Positions 37,922 through 38,165 of a DNA stretch of 38,165 nucleotides are shown piece after piece. Position numbers and translations under genes: made by a program. The notes under the pieces are model-generated. The model saw only the letters and a program-made list of their open reading frames with translations. It ran no database searches and was not told the DNA's origin. The DNA lies in contig CBFGJN010000014.1 of NCBI GenBank assembly GCA_965649115.1, positions 1-38,165 on the forward strand. Direction: 5' to 3'. This stretch comes from a candidate division WOR-3 bacterium. Lineage in GTDB: Bacteria > Hydrothermota > Hydrothermia > LBFQ01 > DSFT01. Position 1 is the first letter of the stretch. Each line of letters opens with the position of its first letter.

Positions 37922-38165
<244 letters not shown>

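Overview
Very AT-rich bacterial window with GC-rich rRNA genes, which suggests a thermophile. It looks like a diderm FCB-associated lineage such as WOR-3 (inference from T9SS-like C-terminal sorting domains and very short signal peptides). Housekeeping genes include an M18 aminopeptidase, secA, an M16B peptidase pair, rpmI, lon, an EF-G paralogue, rmlD, ftsK and an ArsC-like protein. Five secreted proteins carry T9SS-type CTDs, and there is a small heme-motif/YceI/CHRD module. Intergenic regions hold a family of IS1595-like MITEs. The highlight is a class III lanthipeptide cluster on the minus strand at about 29.2-36.0 kb. It has two different precursors (one missing from the ORF track), lanKC, an ABC exporter and an outer-membrane beta-barrel. 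It lies co-oriented just downstream of an rRNA operon whose 23S-5S spacer contains a protein-coding gene. Most operon-leading genes have a conserved CTTTAAA(A/C)T box 6-10 nt before the ATG, consistent with leaderless or short-leader transcription.
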